Made by a program: the position numbers and the translations under genes. Below, in pieces: positions 18,501 through 27,392 of a DNA stretch of 64,000 bases (its first letter is position 1; every line of letters begins with the position of its first letter). The notes beneath the pieces are model-generated. The model ran no database searches. It was not told the origin of the DNA and saw only the letters and a list, made by a program, of their open reading frames with translations. Source of the stretch: a candidate division FCPU426 bacterium (GTDB lineage: Bacteria; Oederibacteriota; Muellerivitia; Muellerivitales; Muellerivitaceae); NCBI GenBank assembly GCA_963719085.1, contig CAVRAL010000001.1, forward strand, positions 928,001 through 992,000, read 5' to 3'.

Positions 18501-21364
18501 CCGTCGTTGTAAATCCAAGACTCAAAAAAGACCGTGTTTGAAAGATCAGTTCCCAAGGTCGATAAGGTTTGCTTTAACCCCGCCCAGCGCTGGTTGGTTA
18601 AGTTTGAATAGGGAAACTCAAGTACACTCACGATGTCGGTCCCGACTTTAGTGGTCGCGTAAATATGTCCGCCGGCCCCAGGAACCGTAACTCCTGGAGG
18701 CGACGTCGTGCCATTTGTCATCTCTTGCTCCGAAATGGTTTGGAATTGGAAGCCGTTGTTATAATTAAAGAACCGGGCCCGGTTATTGGTCGAGGCATTT
18801 GAGCTTCCATCGTAAGTGGTCGGACCCAAAAACGCCGGAACCGATTCGGGAGGCGGCGAAACCAGCCAGGAAGTGGCGTTCACCGAAAGGTTGGTCGCGC
18901 TGTCGATTCCATCCATGTTGTCGATCATGGCCACGCCGGTCTCGCCTTCGGTGTCGAAAGTATTGGGATCGTAAAAGCTCTTGGCTACTTCCCCGGACAA
19001 CTGCAGGCTCAGGGGCGGGGTCCAGTTTTCCAAGCCCGGGATGAGGCTGGTCAAGGCCTTCACCGAATTGCGGTCCACGTCGAAGCGGGCGTCGGCGTCA
19101 ATGATGGCCAGGTCATTGGGCTCACTGCCGATTTGGGGGACATCGGTAGGCTGTTGGGTGCCGCTATAGAGGAAGGTCGACCCCAGGAAAAAATGGTCGG
19201 TCACGTCATATTCGGCCCGGGTGCCGAGAATATTTTCCTGCGCGAAGGCGCCGAAGGGTGAGTACTCATAAGTGACTACGACCTGGCTGTCCGGCAGGAG
19301 GATGTTCTTGTTCACGAAGTCGAGGTTTCCCGAGGTGTAATCGAAAGAATAATCCGTATCCCGGTGCAAAAGCCGGCCGTCCAAGTAAACCGTTTCGCTC
19401 CCGAGCAGGATGTTGAAACGGCCCATGTTGAAGAAATTCTGCCGGGTGTCATAGACCAATTGCATGCGGTAAAGGCTGGTCGGGACCGTGGTTTGGCTGT
19501 AAACGTCGTTGGGCCCCGTGCCGTTGGTATTGTCCGGCGGAGGATTGGCGAAAGGCCTCTCGGGGAAGGACGCGTTCTGGGTGTCGGTCACGACGAGCAG
19601 GTTCAAATCGGTGTTCACATTGACGCTCCAACGGGCCCCCACCGCCGTGCCGGTCTGGACCACGCTGTTTGTTCCCTGGTTGATGATTTGGAACGAGAAA
19701 TTGGGATCCTGGTTGGGCGGCACGATGGGAACGGTGCCCAAGCTGAAATAATTCAACAAGTAAAGCGCGCTGACATCGGCCGGATTGGAATTGTCTTTGA
19801 TCAAATGGGGCTGATTGGGTCCCGGCTTCATCATCCCGCCCGGAGGCACGGTAAGGTTCGGGTTGTTGATGGGCTGGTTCAAGTCCAGGATATTGCCGTT
19901 GACGTCTTCCCCGACCCTTTGCCCATCCTGCTGGACGAAAGCCACCGCGATGCGGGAGCTGATGTTCACCGGCGTGATGAAGGTCACGATGCCCGTGGTG
20001 TAATCAATGGTGTAATCCCGGCCCGGTAAAAATTTTTGGAAGGGACCGATATAATTCGCGCTCTGGGGCGGTAATTGGCCCGTGCCCGGATCGACCCAAA
20101 TCTGTTCCGTGCCGTTTTGCGGCAGGTCCACGTTCACCACTTGGCCGTTCAGGGTTTGATTATTCACCGACTTCGTCATCATGAAATATTTATAAGGGAT
20201 AAATTGAATGTCGTTGAGGGTCAGGTTGACCTGCACCTGGTTGCCCTTGAAAACCTTGGTCTCCGAGAGCCCCTTGGTTTGGGCGAAAAAGGAAGTCACC
20301 CGCAAGTCATCGAATTTCAGTTTGGACTGGATGCCGAAAAGCTGCTTATTGAACCCGGCGAACTCCGTGTTGGGAAGCACCAGATTGAGGTCGCCGAAAG
20401 ACACTTCCTGTACCGGGCTGTTCTCGTCCCCGTGATACACGATTGAGATTTGCTGCTGGGTCTGGTCCAATCCCCCGGTCCGGTTGACGTCGCTGTAATC
20501 CACGTGCACATCCACGTTTTGCCCCACCTTGCCGTCCAAGTTCACGACCAATTCCTGGTTCACATTGGTGGAATTGGAATTGGCCGAGAGCCCGTTCAGG
20601 CCGTCCGGGCGGTCGAAATGCTGGAAAGTAAAATCAGCCTCGATCTGCTTATAGCCCTGGATCGACAATTGGCTGTCGGCGGGAAGCTGGAATTTGAAGA
20701 GATTCTGGTCGGGAATCTTCAACTCGGTTTCTTCCGCCGGGGTGGGGGTCGGCGTGGGCGTTTCCAGAACCCCCGGGGGCGCAGGAATGTCCAACCCCTG
20801 GGGCGTCACGGCCAACTCGTCCGAAAAGGCGCTCACATTTCCCTGGGCGTCGATGGAGGCCACGACGTAAAAATAATCATCCCCGTTCTCGGGCGCGGGC
20901 AAGTTCGTGCCCGCCCCGTCGAGAAAATAAGGCGCGTTCAGCGGCTTGGGATTGAGCAATCGATAACCAAACCCCGGCATGCGGGAGCGGTAAACCTCGT
21001 AACCCACCACCGGGCCTTGGGCCGGGGCGGCGTTCCAAGAAAGATAAACCCCCTCTTTCAAAAGTAAGTTCGCGAGCCCGGTGGGCGGCGGCACCGACGA
21101 CGCGGCAGCCGTGGCGGCCGCGCCGGTCACGCTGGCCGGGCCCGCGGTCGCGACCGGTACTTGAAGCACTTGCTTTTCCTGGGTGGTCGCGGTGGGAACC
21201 GCGTAATCGTTATTAGCTGTTTGCGAAAAAACCGCCGGGGGCAAAAACAACAAACCGCCCGCCAAGACAAGCCATAGCGCGGCCCCCGAACCTCCGCGCG
21301 GAAAGCCGGAAGCCGTCGGACCCGGCAAAAACCCTAGGATGAGCGTTAACTTCTTTTTCAGCAT
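15518..21364 (-). CDS. SprA/Sov-like very large outer membrane beta-barrel with N-terminal FN3 domain
   Basis: DYTIDYTTG and DYSFDYTSG repeats, LSGEVAKS...GVAMIDNMDG, alternating beta-strands in the C-terminal third, terminal Phe. Confidence 0.7.
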   Translation of the reverse strand: MLKKKLTLILGFLPGPTASGFPRGGSGAALWLVLAGGLLFLPPAVFSQTANNDYAVPTATTQEKQVLQVPVATAGPASVTGAAATAAASSVPPPTGLANLLLKEGVYLSWNAAPAQGPVVGYEVYRSRMPGFGYRLLNPKPLNAPYFLDGAGTNLPAPENGDDYFYVVASIDAQGNVSAFSDELAVTPQGLDIPAPPGVLETPTPTPTPAEETELKIPDQNLFKFQLPADSQLSIQGYKQIEADFTFQHFDRPDGLNGLSANSNSTNVNQELVVNLDGKVGQNVDVHVDYSDVNRTGGLDQTQQQISIVYHGDENSPVQEVSFGDLNLVLPNTEFAGFNKQLFGIQSKLKFDDLRVTSFFAQTKGLSETKVFKGNQVQVNLTLNDIQFIPYKYFMMTKSVNNQTLNGQVVNVDLPQNGTEQIWVDPGTGQLPPQSANYIGPFQKFLPGRDYTIDYTTGIVTFITPVNISSRIAVAFVQQDGQRVGEDVNGNILDLNQPINNPNLTVPPGGMMKPGPNQPHLIKDNSNPADVSALYLLNYFSLGTVPIVPPNQDPNFSFQIINQGTNSVVQTGTAVGARWSVNVNTDLNLLVVTDTQNASFPERPFANPPPDNTNGTGPNDVYSQTTVPTSLYRMQLVYDTRQNFFNMGRFNILLGSETVYLDGRLLHRDTDYSFDYTSGNLDFVNKNILLPDSQVVVTYEYSPFGAFAQENILGTRAEYDVTDHFFLGSTFLYSGTQQPTDVPQIGSEPNDLAIIDADARFDVDRNSVKALTSLIPGLENWTPPLSLQLSGEVAKSFYDPNTFDTEGETGVAMIDNMDGIDSATNLSVNATSWLVSPPPESVPAFLGPTTYDGSSNASTNNRARFFNYNNGFQFQTISEQEMTNGTTSPPGVTVPGAGGHIYATTKVGTDIVSVLEFPYSNLTNQRWAGLKQTLSTLGTDLSNTVFFESWIYNDGQDKWIMADFGSFAEDTNGNGILDQDTTVDANGVTIPNQAHPNPAYGIPSFYFTNPLAGPGILQAITGISTETTSTQEGVGTDVFITEDQNSDNTLDGADAYFEYGIHANWNGWKEVKIPVNLPANTAPPPDSTNTTDAGVNYFFHSVGVPNSQVVRSVRLWTTGNSAAAQDGYFLLESMAFTHNLWQLQVDPTANVDQGVTVNTSKFDVTTVNQPINSSYNPTLRFVTLTQGEDQSSITAKESALQINYNLSSTDFDPPGNINGRPIYYATRTFSQTLDFTIYSQMRFDLEAVSFSPGDVLFVRLGNDQQDYYQYNIPLTTAYQNLLWKSVIIDLDGSDGNRSTFGTPFINRVSQISFGVLSPNAPTATTNELWINNLRTTNPISRAGVARRANATLLVGDNFATINARYREVDSGFTQLDQQATRFQHSTQLGADYSSNAVSLFSQPLVTQFSYTHQDTYTEAADTSNPNFELLPNSYVDSTTGSIGYTKDLGPSFGRFTSVRISESTNEEKDRYEDVYLSQPGVQGNTNKAEQIVALASTYDAPNQIFSIPIGTNQFTETFSITHDSQDFNIAEGVTFPDLYNYDRTTRNQVYGWTNTTELIKNLVISPGYTLTLVDAVGNTNTPGMPTTMFYQNYTPFQNRYQPTAGVVYRGIPGLIPSVNYTGSVQYDYVSFPQPQFTNANSINYLLSFTPASWLPFLQKTNLSVDAGRTESSNATIQSINPNSFQASQPLDFDQTWLVSRPVTQDYLGSETITDRLNASFNILDGWDMRPTGSWGETLSVVALGTNPTTQDINTFGFTTVWSKKLFTLPLINLNINSAQVQFTRTQNYQYDSNNNPFLLSNSDVISLVLPYDIDKGAQGNIRIQYTRGDQTSQGVYTSMQDDQYSIEYNQKFLDNQTIHVPFTHWKIKLENPLEARLVLLAELINNQSSYSYNQLVTQRYNGTLSLNYNALKNLRVGIGFTYEHLNNYYAPTLGYDLVEATVSGEARF

Positions 21365-21395
21365 ATGGAAAACCGAGCCTCTTTTTCGAACGTCC

Positions 21396-22145
21396 TCAAT
21401 CCAGCCCCAACTTTTCCCTCAGATCGTCCAGCCGCTCCCGGCTGATCGGAAGCCGGGTTTTCGCGGCGTCGGACAAAACCGCCAAATACTTCCGGTCCCC
21501 CTCGTGTTCCAGTTCCTTGAGATAATCCAAATTAATCAGCGCGCTGCGGTGGACGCGAAGAAACTTCCGGGGATCCAGCCGCTTGGAAAGCGTGTCCAGG
21601 CTGTCGTCGACTAAAAGTTCCTGGCCTTCCACCAGAATCACCACGTAATGGTCGCGGGCCACCACCGCCGAAATGAGCGCGGGATCAAAAACCCGGTACT
21701 TGGCGCCGCACTTGACGGCCATCCGGCGCTTGGCTTGTCCCTCCTCCATTTTTTCGTAAAAACGCGCCATCTCCTCGAAGGCCGCGGGACGCCGGCGCTT
21801 GCGGATTTTTTCCACGGTCTCCGCCAGCCTTTCGGGGGCCACGGGCTTGACCAGATAATCGGCCGCGGACAGCTCAAAGGCTTTCAAAGCGTGCTCGCTG
21901 TAAGCCGTGACGAAAACCACGCTGGGGCCCTCGCCGGCCCAGGCCTGGGCCGTTTCCAACCCATTCAGTTCGGGCATCTCAATGTCCAAAAAAACCAAAT
22001 CCGGTTTTAAATCCTGGGTCGCCTGCAGCGCCTCCAAACCATTGGAGGCCTCCCCCACCACTTGGAGGTCGGAAAACCCGGAAATCATCCGGGCCAACCG
22101 GGATCTGGCCGGCGCCTCGTCATCCACAATCAGTACCCGGATCAT
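21396..22145 (-). CDS. LytTR-family response regulator
   Basis: REC domain (VDDE, FLDIEMP, KP) plus FLRVHRSALIN LytTR domain. Confidence 0.95.
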   Translation of the reverse strand: MIRVLIVDDEAPARSRLARMISGFSDLQVVGEASNGLEALQATQDLKPDLVFLDIEMPELNGLETAQAWAGEGPSVVFVTAYSEHALKAFELSAADYLVKPVAPERLAETVEKIRKRRRPAAFEEMARFYEKMEEGQAKRRMAVKCGAKYRVFDPALISAVVARDHYVVILVEGQELLVDDSLDTLSKRLDPRKFLRVHRSALINLDYLKELEHEGDRKYLAVLSDAAKTRLPISRERLDDLREKLGLD

Positions 22146-23290
22146 ATCGCCTCTTTTTTCAAATCCGGGATGAGCCCCGGAAAATGCACCACCATCCGCG
22201 TCCCGTGGGGGGACCGGGGAAGAACCTCGATCGTGCCGACCTGGGAGTAGCTCAACTCCAAACGTTTGCGGCAGTTTTCAAGCGCCGTCCCCGAACCCCG
22301 GTAGGAGGAGTTTCCAAAACCCACGCCGTCATCCTCCACCCACACTTTGAGGCCCAAGCCTTCCCGCTCCCAACCCACCCACAAACTTCCGCCCTGGGCC
22401 CTCGACGAAAGCCCATGCTTGACCGCGTTCTCCACTAAGGGCTGTAAAATAAGCACCGGCACCTGGATCGTTTCTTTTTCCCGCTCATCCCCCTTTTGGA
22501 TCGCGACTTTAAGGCGGGATCCGAATCGGGCCTGCTCGATTTCCAAGTAATCCCGGCAGAAATCAAGCTCTTGGGCCAAGGAGTGGACGCTTTTACGGCT
22601 GGCCGCTAAAACCGCTTGGAAAAGTCCCGAAAGTTTAACGACCACCCTTTCGGCCTGGGCGGGATCGGCCGGGATCAAGGCCGCCACCGTGTTCAAGGTA
22701 TTAAATAGGAAATGCGGGTTCATCTGGTCCTTCAACTTGGTCAAAAGGGCCTGGAGCCTTTCCTTTTCCATTTCCTCGGTTTTCAACTGCCCTGCGGCCA
22801 CCGCGTCCCGCAAGTCCTGCCAGGAGATAAAAAAGAAACAAATGAGCAGCAACAGCCAACCGCCGAATATTTCTTTGCCGTAGTAAAACCATTGAAAGCG
22901 GGGCTCGATAGCGGGCCCGATATAAATCCAATTAATCAAGGACACCATCAAGTGAAGGGCCAGAATGAGGCCCGGGGGAATCAAAAAAGCCAGGAACAAC
23001 AGGTACCAACCCATCCCGTGCCGCGGCCGGTCGCGGCCCGACCAGGAAATCCAACCCCGCTCCATTTCCAAATAAAGCCGGATCGCTCCCATGCCGAACA
23101 AACAAACCAGCGTGGCCTCAAGAAAATCCCATCCCCACCGGAAAAAGATGGAATCAATGGATTTTTCCCCGGAAAAGAAGCTGACTCCCAGCGTCCAGAG
23201 GGGATTCACGATGAGCAAAAGCTTCAGGAAAGAACGGCCATAATCCCGCGCGAAGTCCAGTGAAAGAAATTTTTTCCATCCTTGGGGCAT
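22142..23290 (-). CDS. LytS/YehU-type membrane sensor histidine kinase
   Basis: TM N-terminus, QMNPHFLFNTLN, QPLVENAVKHG, DDGVG; start uncertain (23290 or up to 23395). Confidence 0.92.
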   Translation of the reverse strand: MPQGWKKFLSLDFARDYGRSFLKLLLIVNPLWTLGVSFFSGEKSIDSIFFRWGWDFLEATLVCLFGMGAIRLYLEMERGWISWSGRDRPRHGMGWYLLFLAFLIPPGLILALHLMVSLINWIYIGPAIEPRFQWFYYGKEIFGGWLLLLICFFFISWQDLRDAVAAGQLKTEEMEKERLQALLTKLKDQMNPHFLFNTLNTVAALIPADPAQAERVVVKLSGLFQAVLAASRKSVHSLAQELDFCRDYLEIEQARFGSRLKVAIQKGDEREKETIQVPVLILQPLVENAVKHGLSSRAQGGSLWVGWEREGLGLKVWVEDDGVGFGNSSYRGSGTALENCRKRLELSYSQVGTIEVLPRSPHGTRMVVHFPGLIPDLKKEAI

Positions 23291-23456
23291 GCCCCATCCT
23301 TTCTTGTCAACCCGGCGGACCGTCCGCGAATCGCCCCAAATCATAGCAATATTCCCCAAAAGACGATGACTCATTTTCGCCCGCCCCCGGCCCATTTATT
23401 CAAACGCCCCTTACTAAATATCCCACAAAAAAAGGAGCTTTAAAAAAGAAACCCCG

Positions 23457-23507
23457 AACCGCCGGAAAACCCGCCCCAACCGCCGGAACACGGCGTTTGG
23501 AACCGCC
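23457..23507 (-). promoter_or_regulatory. Candidate LytTR operator: direct repeats with 21-bp period
   Basis: AACCGCCGGAA at 23457-23467 and 23478-23488, partial AACCGCC at 23501. Confidence 0.55.
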
Positions 23508-23565
23508 CCCCTCCGGCCCTTGGGCTGTGTTATACTCGGGCCCGAAATTATCCAAGGAAACCTCA

Positions 23566-24708
23566 TTGAAAATCGCCCAACGCTATATTCTTTGGGAAAT
23601 CGCGCCCTCATTCCTGATCAGCGTTTCCGCCCTCACCTTCATCTTCATCCTCAACAAGGTTTTCGTGCTTTTGGATCTGGTCATTAATAAAAAAGTCCCC
23701 TTGGGGGACACCTTGGTGCTTTATTTCAGCCTCATTCCCTTCGTGCTTTCTTTAACCGTTCCCATGGCCATGATGATCGCCACACTGATGGCCTACGGCC
23801 GCTTGAGCTCGGACATGGAAATCACGGCCTTCAAAAGCGGCGGAGTCCATTTGTTCCAGCTGATTTATCCCGTGCTTCTTTTCTCGGTGGTCATGACCGC
23901 CGGCATGCTTTATTTCAACGCCTTCATACTCCCCACCGCCAATTTCGCCTTCAAAAAAACCCATTTTAAAATCCTGGAAAACCAGGCCAACGTGGCCGTC
24001 CAGGAAAAAACTTTCATCAATCTTTTCGACGGCTATCAGTTTTATATCGACCAACTCGATCCCAGCGGGCTCTTCAAGGACGTCAAGGTTTTCAACCGGG
24101 TTTCTTCCACGGCCCCCTTGCAGACCACAGTGGCCCAAAGCGGCTGGCTGGACACCAATCAAAAAACCTTCCAACTTTTTTTCCACCTCAACCAAGGCGT
24201 CATTATGTGGGACAACATCAATTACCATAGTTACGACCGCCTCTACTTCGATAAATATCTCATCCATTTGAACATGGAAAATCAGCTGGCCCATTTATCC
24301 GACGTTAAAAAAGACTATGAGGAAATGAACTTGGGCGAGTTGTCCGATGAGATCGCCACCTCCAATGATCCCAACCGGATCCTTTACCTGAAAGCCGAAT
24401 ACCAAAAAAGGCTGGCCTTGCCCTTCGCCTGCCTGGCCCTGACTTGGTTTTGCGCCCCCCTGGGACTCTGGACCCGATCCAAGGGTTTCATGGCCTTTGT
24501 GATCGGCATCTCCATGATCTTTATTTATTACTTACTTTTGGTTTTGGGGCAGGTTTTAAGCCAAAGGGGCGAGCTCAACCCGATCGTGGGGTTGTGGGGG
24601 GCCAACGCGACCCTGGCGTCCATTGGATTTATCCTCTACTATCTGGTCGCTTTCGAGAACCAGGCTTTCCGGTGGCCGATCTCTCATCGTAAAAGAAGGG
24701 CCTCGTGA
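23566..24708 (+). CDS. lptF: LPS export ABC permease LptF
   Basis: GRLSSDMEITAFKSGG, KRLALPFAC, 3+3 TM layout; TTG 23566 with AAGGA RBS and TGTTATACT -10 upstream. Confidence 0.88.
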   Translation: MKIAQRYILWEIAPSFLISVSALTFIFILNKVFVLLDLVINKKVPLGDTLVLYFSLIPFVLSLTVPMAMMIATLMAYGRLSSDMEITAFKSGGVHLFQLIYPVLLFSVVMTAGMLYFNAFILPTANFAFKKTHFKILENQANVAVQEKTFINLFDGYQFYIDQLDPSGLFKDVKVFNRVSSTAPLQTTVAQSGWLDTNQKTFQLFFHLNQGVIMWDNINYHSYDRLYFDKYLIHLNMENQLAHLSDVKKDYEEMNLGELSDEIATSNDPNRILYLKAEYQKRLALPFACLALTWFCAPLGLWTRSKGFMAFVIGISMIFIYYLLLVLGQVLSQRGELNPIVGLWGANATLASIGFILYYLVAFENQAFRWPISHRKRRAS

Positions 24709-25790
24709 AAATCATTTCCCGCTATATCCTGAGCCAATTCCTGCTCCCCTTTCTGCTTTCGCTTTTCGCCTTTTCCGTGATCATTTTAATCATCCAGGTT
24801 TTCGATGAACTGCATTATGTCATGCAGCAAAAACCGGGCTTTTGGATCACCTTGGAATACTACCTTTTAAAAATTCCGGGGCTGCTTTTGGAAATTATCC
24901 CCATCGCGGTGCTGATGGCCGTTCTTTTCTCGCTCAGCAACCTGGCCAAGTTGAATGAACTGATGGCCATGCGGGCCGGCGGAGCCAGTATTTTCCTGGT
25001 GGCGCGGCCCATCCTGTTTTGCGGCGTGGTGGTTTTTGGACTGACCATCCTTTTCAACGAGTTGATCGTCCCCAAGGCCAATTCACTTGACCGCCAGATC
25101 CGCTGGGACGACATTGAGCGCCGCCCCCAAACCCCAACCACCGCCAAGTCGAATCTGTCGCTGATGGGATCGGACAATCAGATGATCCATATCGGTCATT
25201 TCGACGGCCCCACGAACACGATGAGCGACATTATTGTCTTGAGCTTCGACAATGGAATCCATTTGAAATCCCGCATCGACGCCAAACAAGCCGTTTACCA
25301 AAATGGTCAGTGGTTTTTCCAAAACGGTTATTTCAGGATTTTCGACGACACGGGCGCCGAGCTATCCTGCAAGCCCTTCGACCGCGCGCCATTCAACTTG
25401 GATGAAAAACCCGGGGATCTGCTCAAGGACGAGGAAGAAGGCGCGGTCGTTAACATCGTGCAGCTTTATTACAATATCCAGCATCTGAAGGAAAACGGCG
25501 CGGATTATCACAAGGAATTAATTGAGCTTCACAAAAAAATCGCGTTCCCTTTCGCCTGCGTCATCCTGGCGCTTCTTGGGGTGTCCTGGGGCTGGAGCAT
25601 GGGCAAGTACAGCGGCGTGGCGGCGAGCTTTGGGATCTGCCTGATCGTCGCCTTTATTTATATCGGCGGCATGCAGGTTTTTCAGACGCTGGGAACCTCT
25701 GGGACCCTTTCGCCCTTCGTTTCCATGTGGACCGCCAATGTCCTGTTCGGCTTAGGGGGAATCTGGCTGCTGCTTCGAAAGAACCGCTGA
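24705..25790 (+). CDS. lptG: LPS export ABC permease LptG
   Basis: NELMAMRAGGAS, HKKIAFPFAC; overlaps the lptF stop (GTGA). Confidence 0.88.
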   Translation: MKIISRYILSQFLLPFLLSLFAFSVIILIIQVFDELHYVMQQKPGFWITLEYYLLKIPGLLLEIIPIAVLMAVLFSLSNLAKLNELMAMRAGGASIFLVARPILFCGVVVFGLTILFNELIVPKANSLDRQIRWDDIERRPQTPTTAKSNLSLMGSDNQMIHIGHFDGPTNTMSDIIVLSFDNGIHLKSRIDAKQAVYQNGQWFFQNGYFRIFDDTGAELSCKPFDRAPFNLDEKPGDLLKDEEEGAVVNIVQLYYNIQHLKENGADYHKELIELHKKIAFPFACVILALLGVSWGWSMGKYSGVAASFGICLIVAFIYIGGMQVFQTLGTSGTLSPFVSMWTANVLFGLGGIWLLLRKNR

Positions 25791-25800
25791 CGGCGGCCGC

Positions 25801-26610
25801 TTAAACCGCCTGAAGAAACAACCCCGCGCGGTCGGCGAAAGCCACGGTCTTTTCTTGATCCAGCAAAAAGGTTTTGCCCGCCTCCACGACCAAACCGGCG
25901 GAATGAATTTTCGCCAAATGTTCCAAAGTTTTCAAACCCACCGTGGGAATATCAAACCGCCAATCCTGGCGGGGGCTCGCCGTTTTGATCAGGATGACGC
26001 CCTTGCCGGCCAGGGTTCCCGCGCGCCGGATCGCCTCATTCGTGCCCTCCAAGGCTTCCACGGCCACCACCGCCCCGCCTTTTAAAAGCAGGGTCTGGCC
26101 CACCGCCGCCTTCGCCAATTGTCGGGCCATGGCCAAACCATACCGGATGGTTTTTTGCTCGAACGCCGAGGGTTTTCGCCGGGTCATTCCGCCGCGCGCC
26201 GCGATCAAATCGTCCATCAAAAAACGCGCGTCCATCAACCGCACGCCGTCGCGGCCCAGTTCAAAGGCGATTTCTTTCAGCAGGGCTTCCCCGGAGCGGT
26301 TTTTGGCCCGGGCTAAAAGCGCCAGCGCCCTAAAATCAAACCGCAGATTCGAGAACAATCGGCCGTGCCGCACCCGGCCGTGCATCACGGCCTGGCGCAC
26401 CTTTTCTTTTTTGAAAAAGGAAATGAGTTTCCCCAATTGCCCGATGGAGATCCATTCCACCGCGTCCCCCAGCCGTTCCAGGCTCGGCGAGGCTTCGCCG
26501 CGCAAGGCGGCGATTTTAAGCGGGTGACCCGCCTGCCGGGCGCGGGCCGCGAAAAGAAACGGCAATTCGCCGGCCCCCGCGATCAATCCAATGGTGGGAG
26601 GGGTTTTCAC
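25801..26610 (-). CDS. lpxI: UDP-2,3-diacylglucosamine pyrophosphatase LpxI
   Basis: GLIAGAGELP, GQT, AVEALEGT, QDWRFDIPTVG; follows lpxA. Confidence 0.9.
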   Translation of the reverse strand: MKTPPTIGLIAGAGELPFLFAARARQAGHPLKIAALRGEASPSLERLGDAVEWISIGQLGKLISFFKKEKVRQAVMHGRVRHGRLFSNLRFDFRALALLARAKNRSGEALLKEIAFELGRDGVRLMDARFLMDDLIAARGGMTRRKPSAFEQKTIRYGLAMARQLAKAAVGQTLLLKGGAVVAVEALEGTNEAIRRAGTLAGKGVILIKTASPRQDWRFDIPTVGLKTLEHLAKIHSAGLVVEAGKTFLLDQEKTVAFADRAGLFLQAV

Positions 26611-26618
26611 TATCCGGA

Positions 26619-27392
26619 TTACCGGACGATTCCGCGCTGGGATTGGGTGAGGAACTCGACCAAGGTTTTGATCTCCTCCAAAGGCGGAAAATCCCGGTTC
26701 AGCGCCGTGACGGCCTCTTGAAGCGTTAGGTTACTTCGGAAAATCACCTTATGGGCTTTCTTCAAGTGATCAATGGTTTCTTTGGGGAAATTCGCCCGCT
26801 CCAACCCGACCTGGTTGATCCCGGCGATATGCAGGGGTTCCCCGCCCGCGATCATGTACGGCACCACGTCTTGAACCGCCCGGAAGCCGCCGCCGATCAT
26901 GGCGTATTTTCCCACCCGCACGAATTGATGCACCGGGGTGACGCCCCCGATATTGGCGTAATCATCGATCCGGGCATGGCCGCCCAGGGTCGCCAAATTC
27001 GCCAGCTTCACATGGTTGCCGACCACGCAGTTGTGGCCCACATGGCTTTGGATCATGAGCCAATTGTCGTTCCCGATTACGGTCTTGGTGCCTTCGCCCG
27101 TGCCGGGATTGATGGTGGCGTATTCCCGGATCAGGTTGTTATCCCCGATCTCCAGCCAGGTTCGCTCGCCCGCGTATTTGACGTCCTGGGGCTCGCTGCC
27201 AACCACCGCACCCGTGAAGATACGGTTATTTTTGCCTAAAATCGTGTTGCCCGTGATGACCGCGTGCGGACCCACGGACGTGCCGTCGCCTATGGTGACG
27301 TTGCCGTCGACAATGGCGTAAGGGCCGATTGTCACGCCCGCGCCTAACCGGGCTTTGGGATCCACGATGGCCGTCGGATGAATTTGAGACAT
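26619..27392 (-). CDS. lpxA: UDP-N-acetylglucosamine O-acyltransferase
   Basis: IHPTAIVD, hexapeptide repeats, PQDVKY, HVGHNC, VHQF. Confidence 0.96.
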   Translation of the reverse strand: MSQIHPTAIVDPKARLGAGVTIGPYAIVDGNVTIGDGTSVGPHAVITGNTILGKNNRIFTGAVVGSEPQDVKYAGERTWLEIGDNNLIREYATINPGTGEGTKTVIGNDNWLMIQSHVGHNCVVGNHVKLANLATLGGHARIDDYANIGGVTPVHQFVRVGKYAMIGGGFRAVQDVVPYMIAGGEPLHIAGINQVGLERANFPKETIDHLKKAHKVIFRSNLTLQEAVTALNRDFPPLEEIKTLVEFLTQSQRGIVR

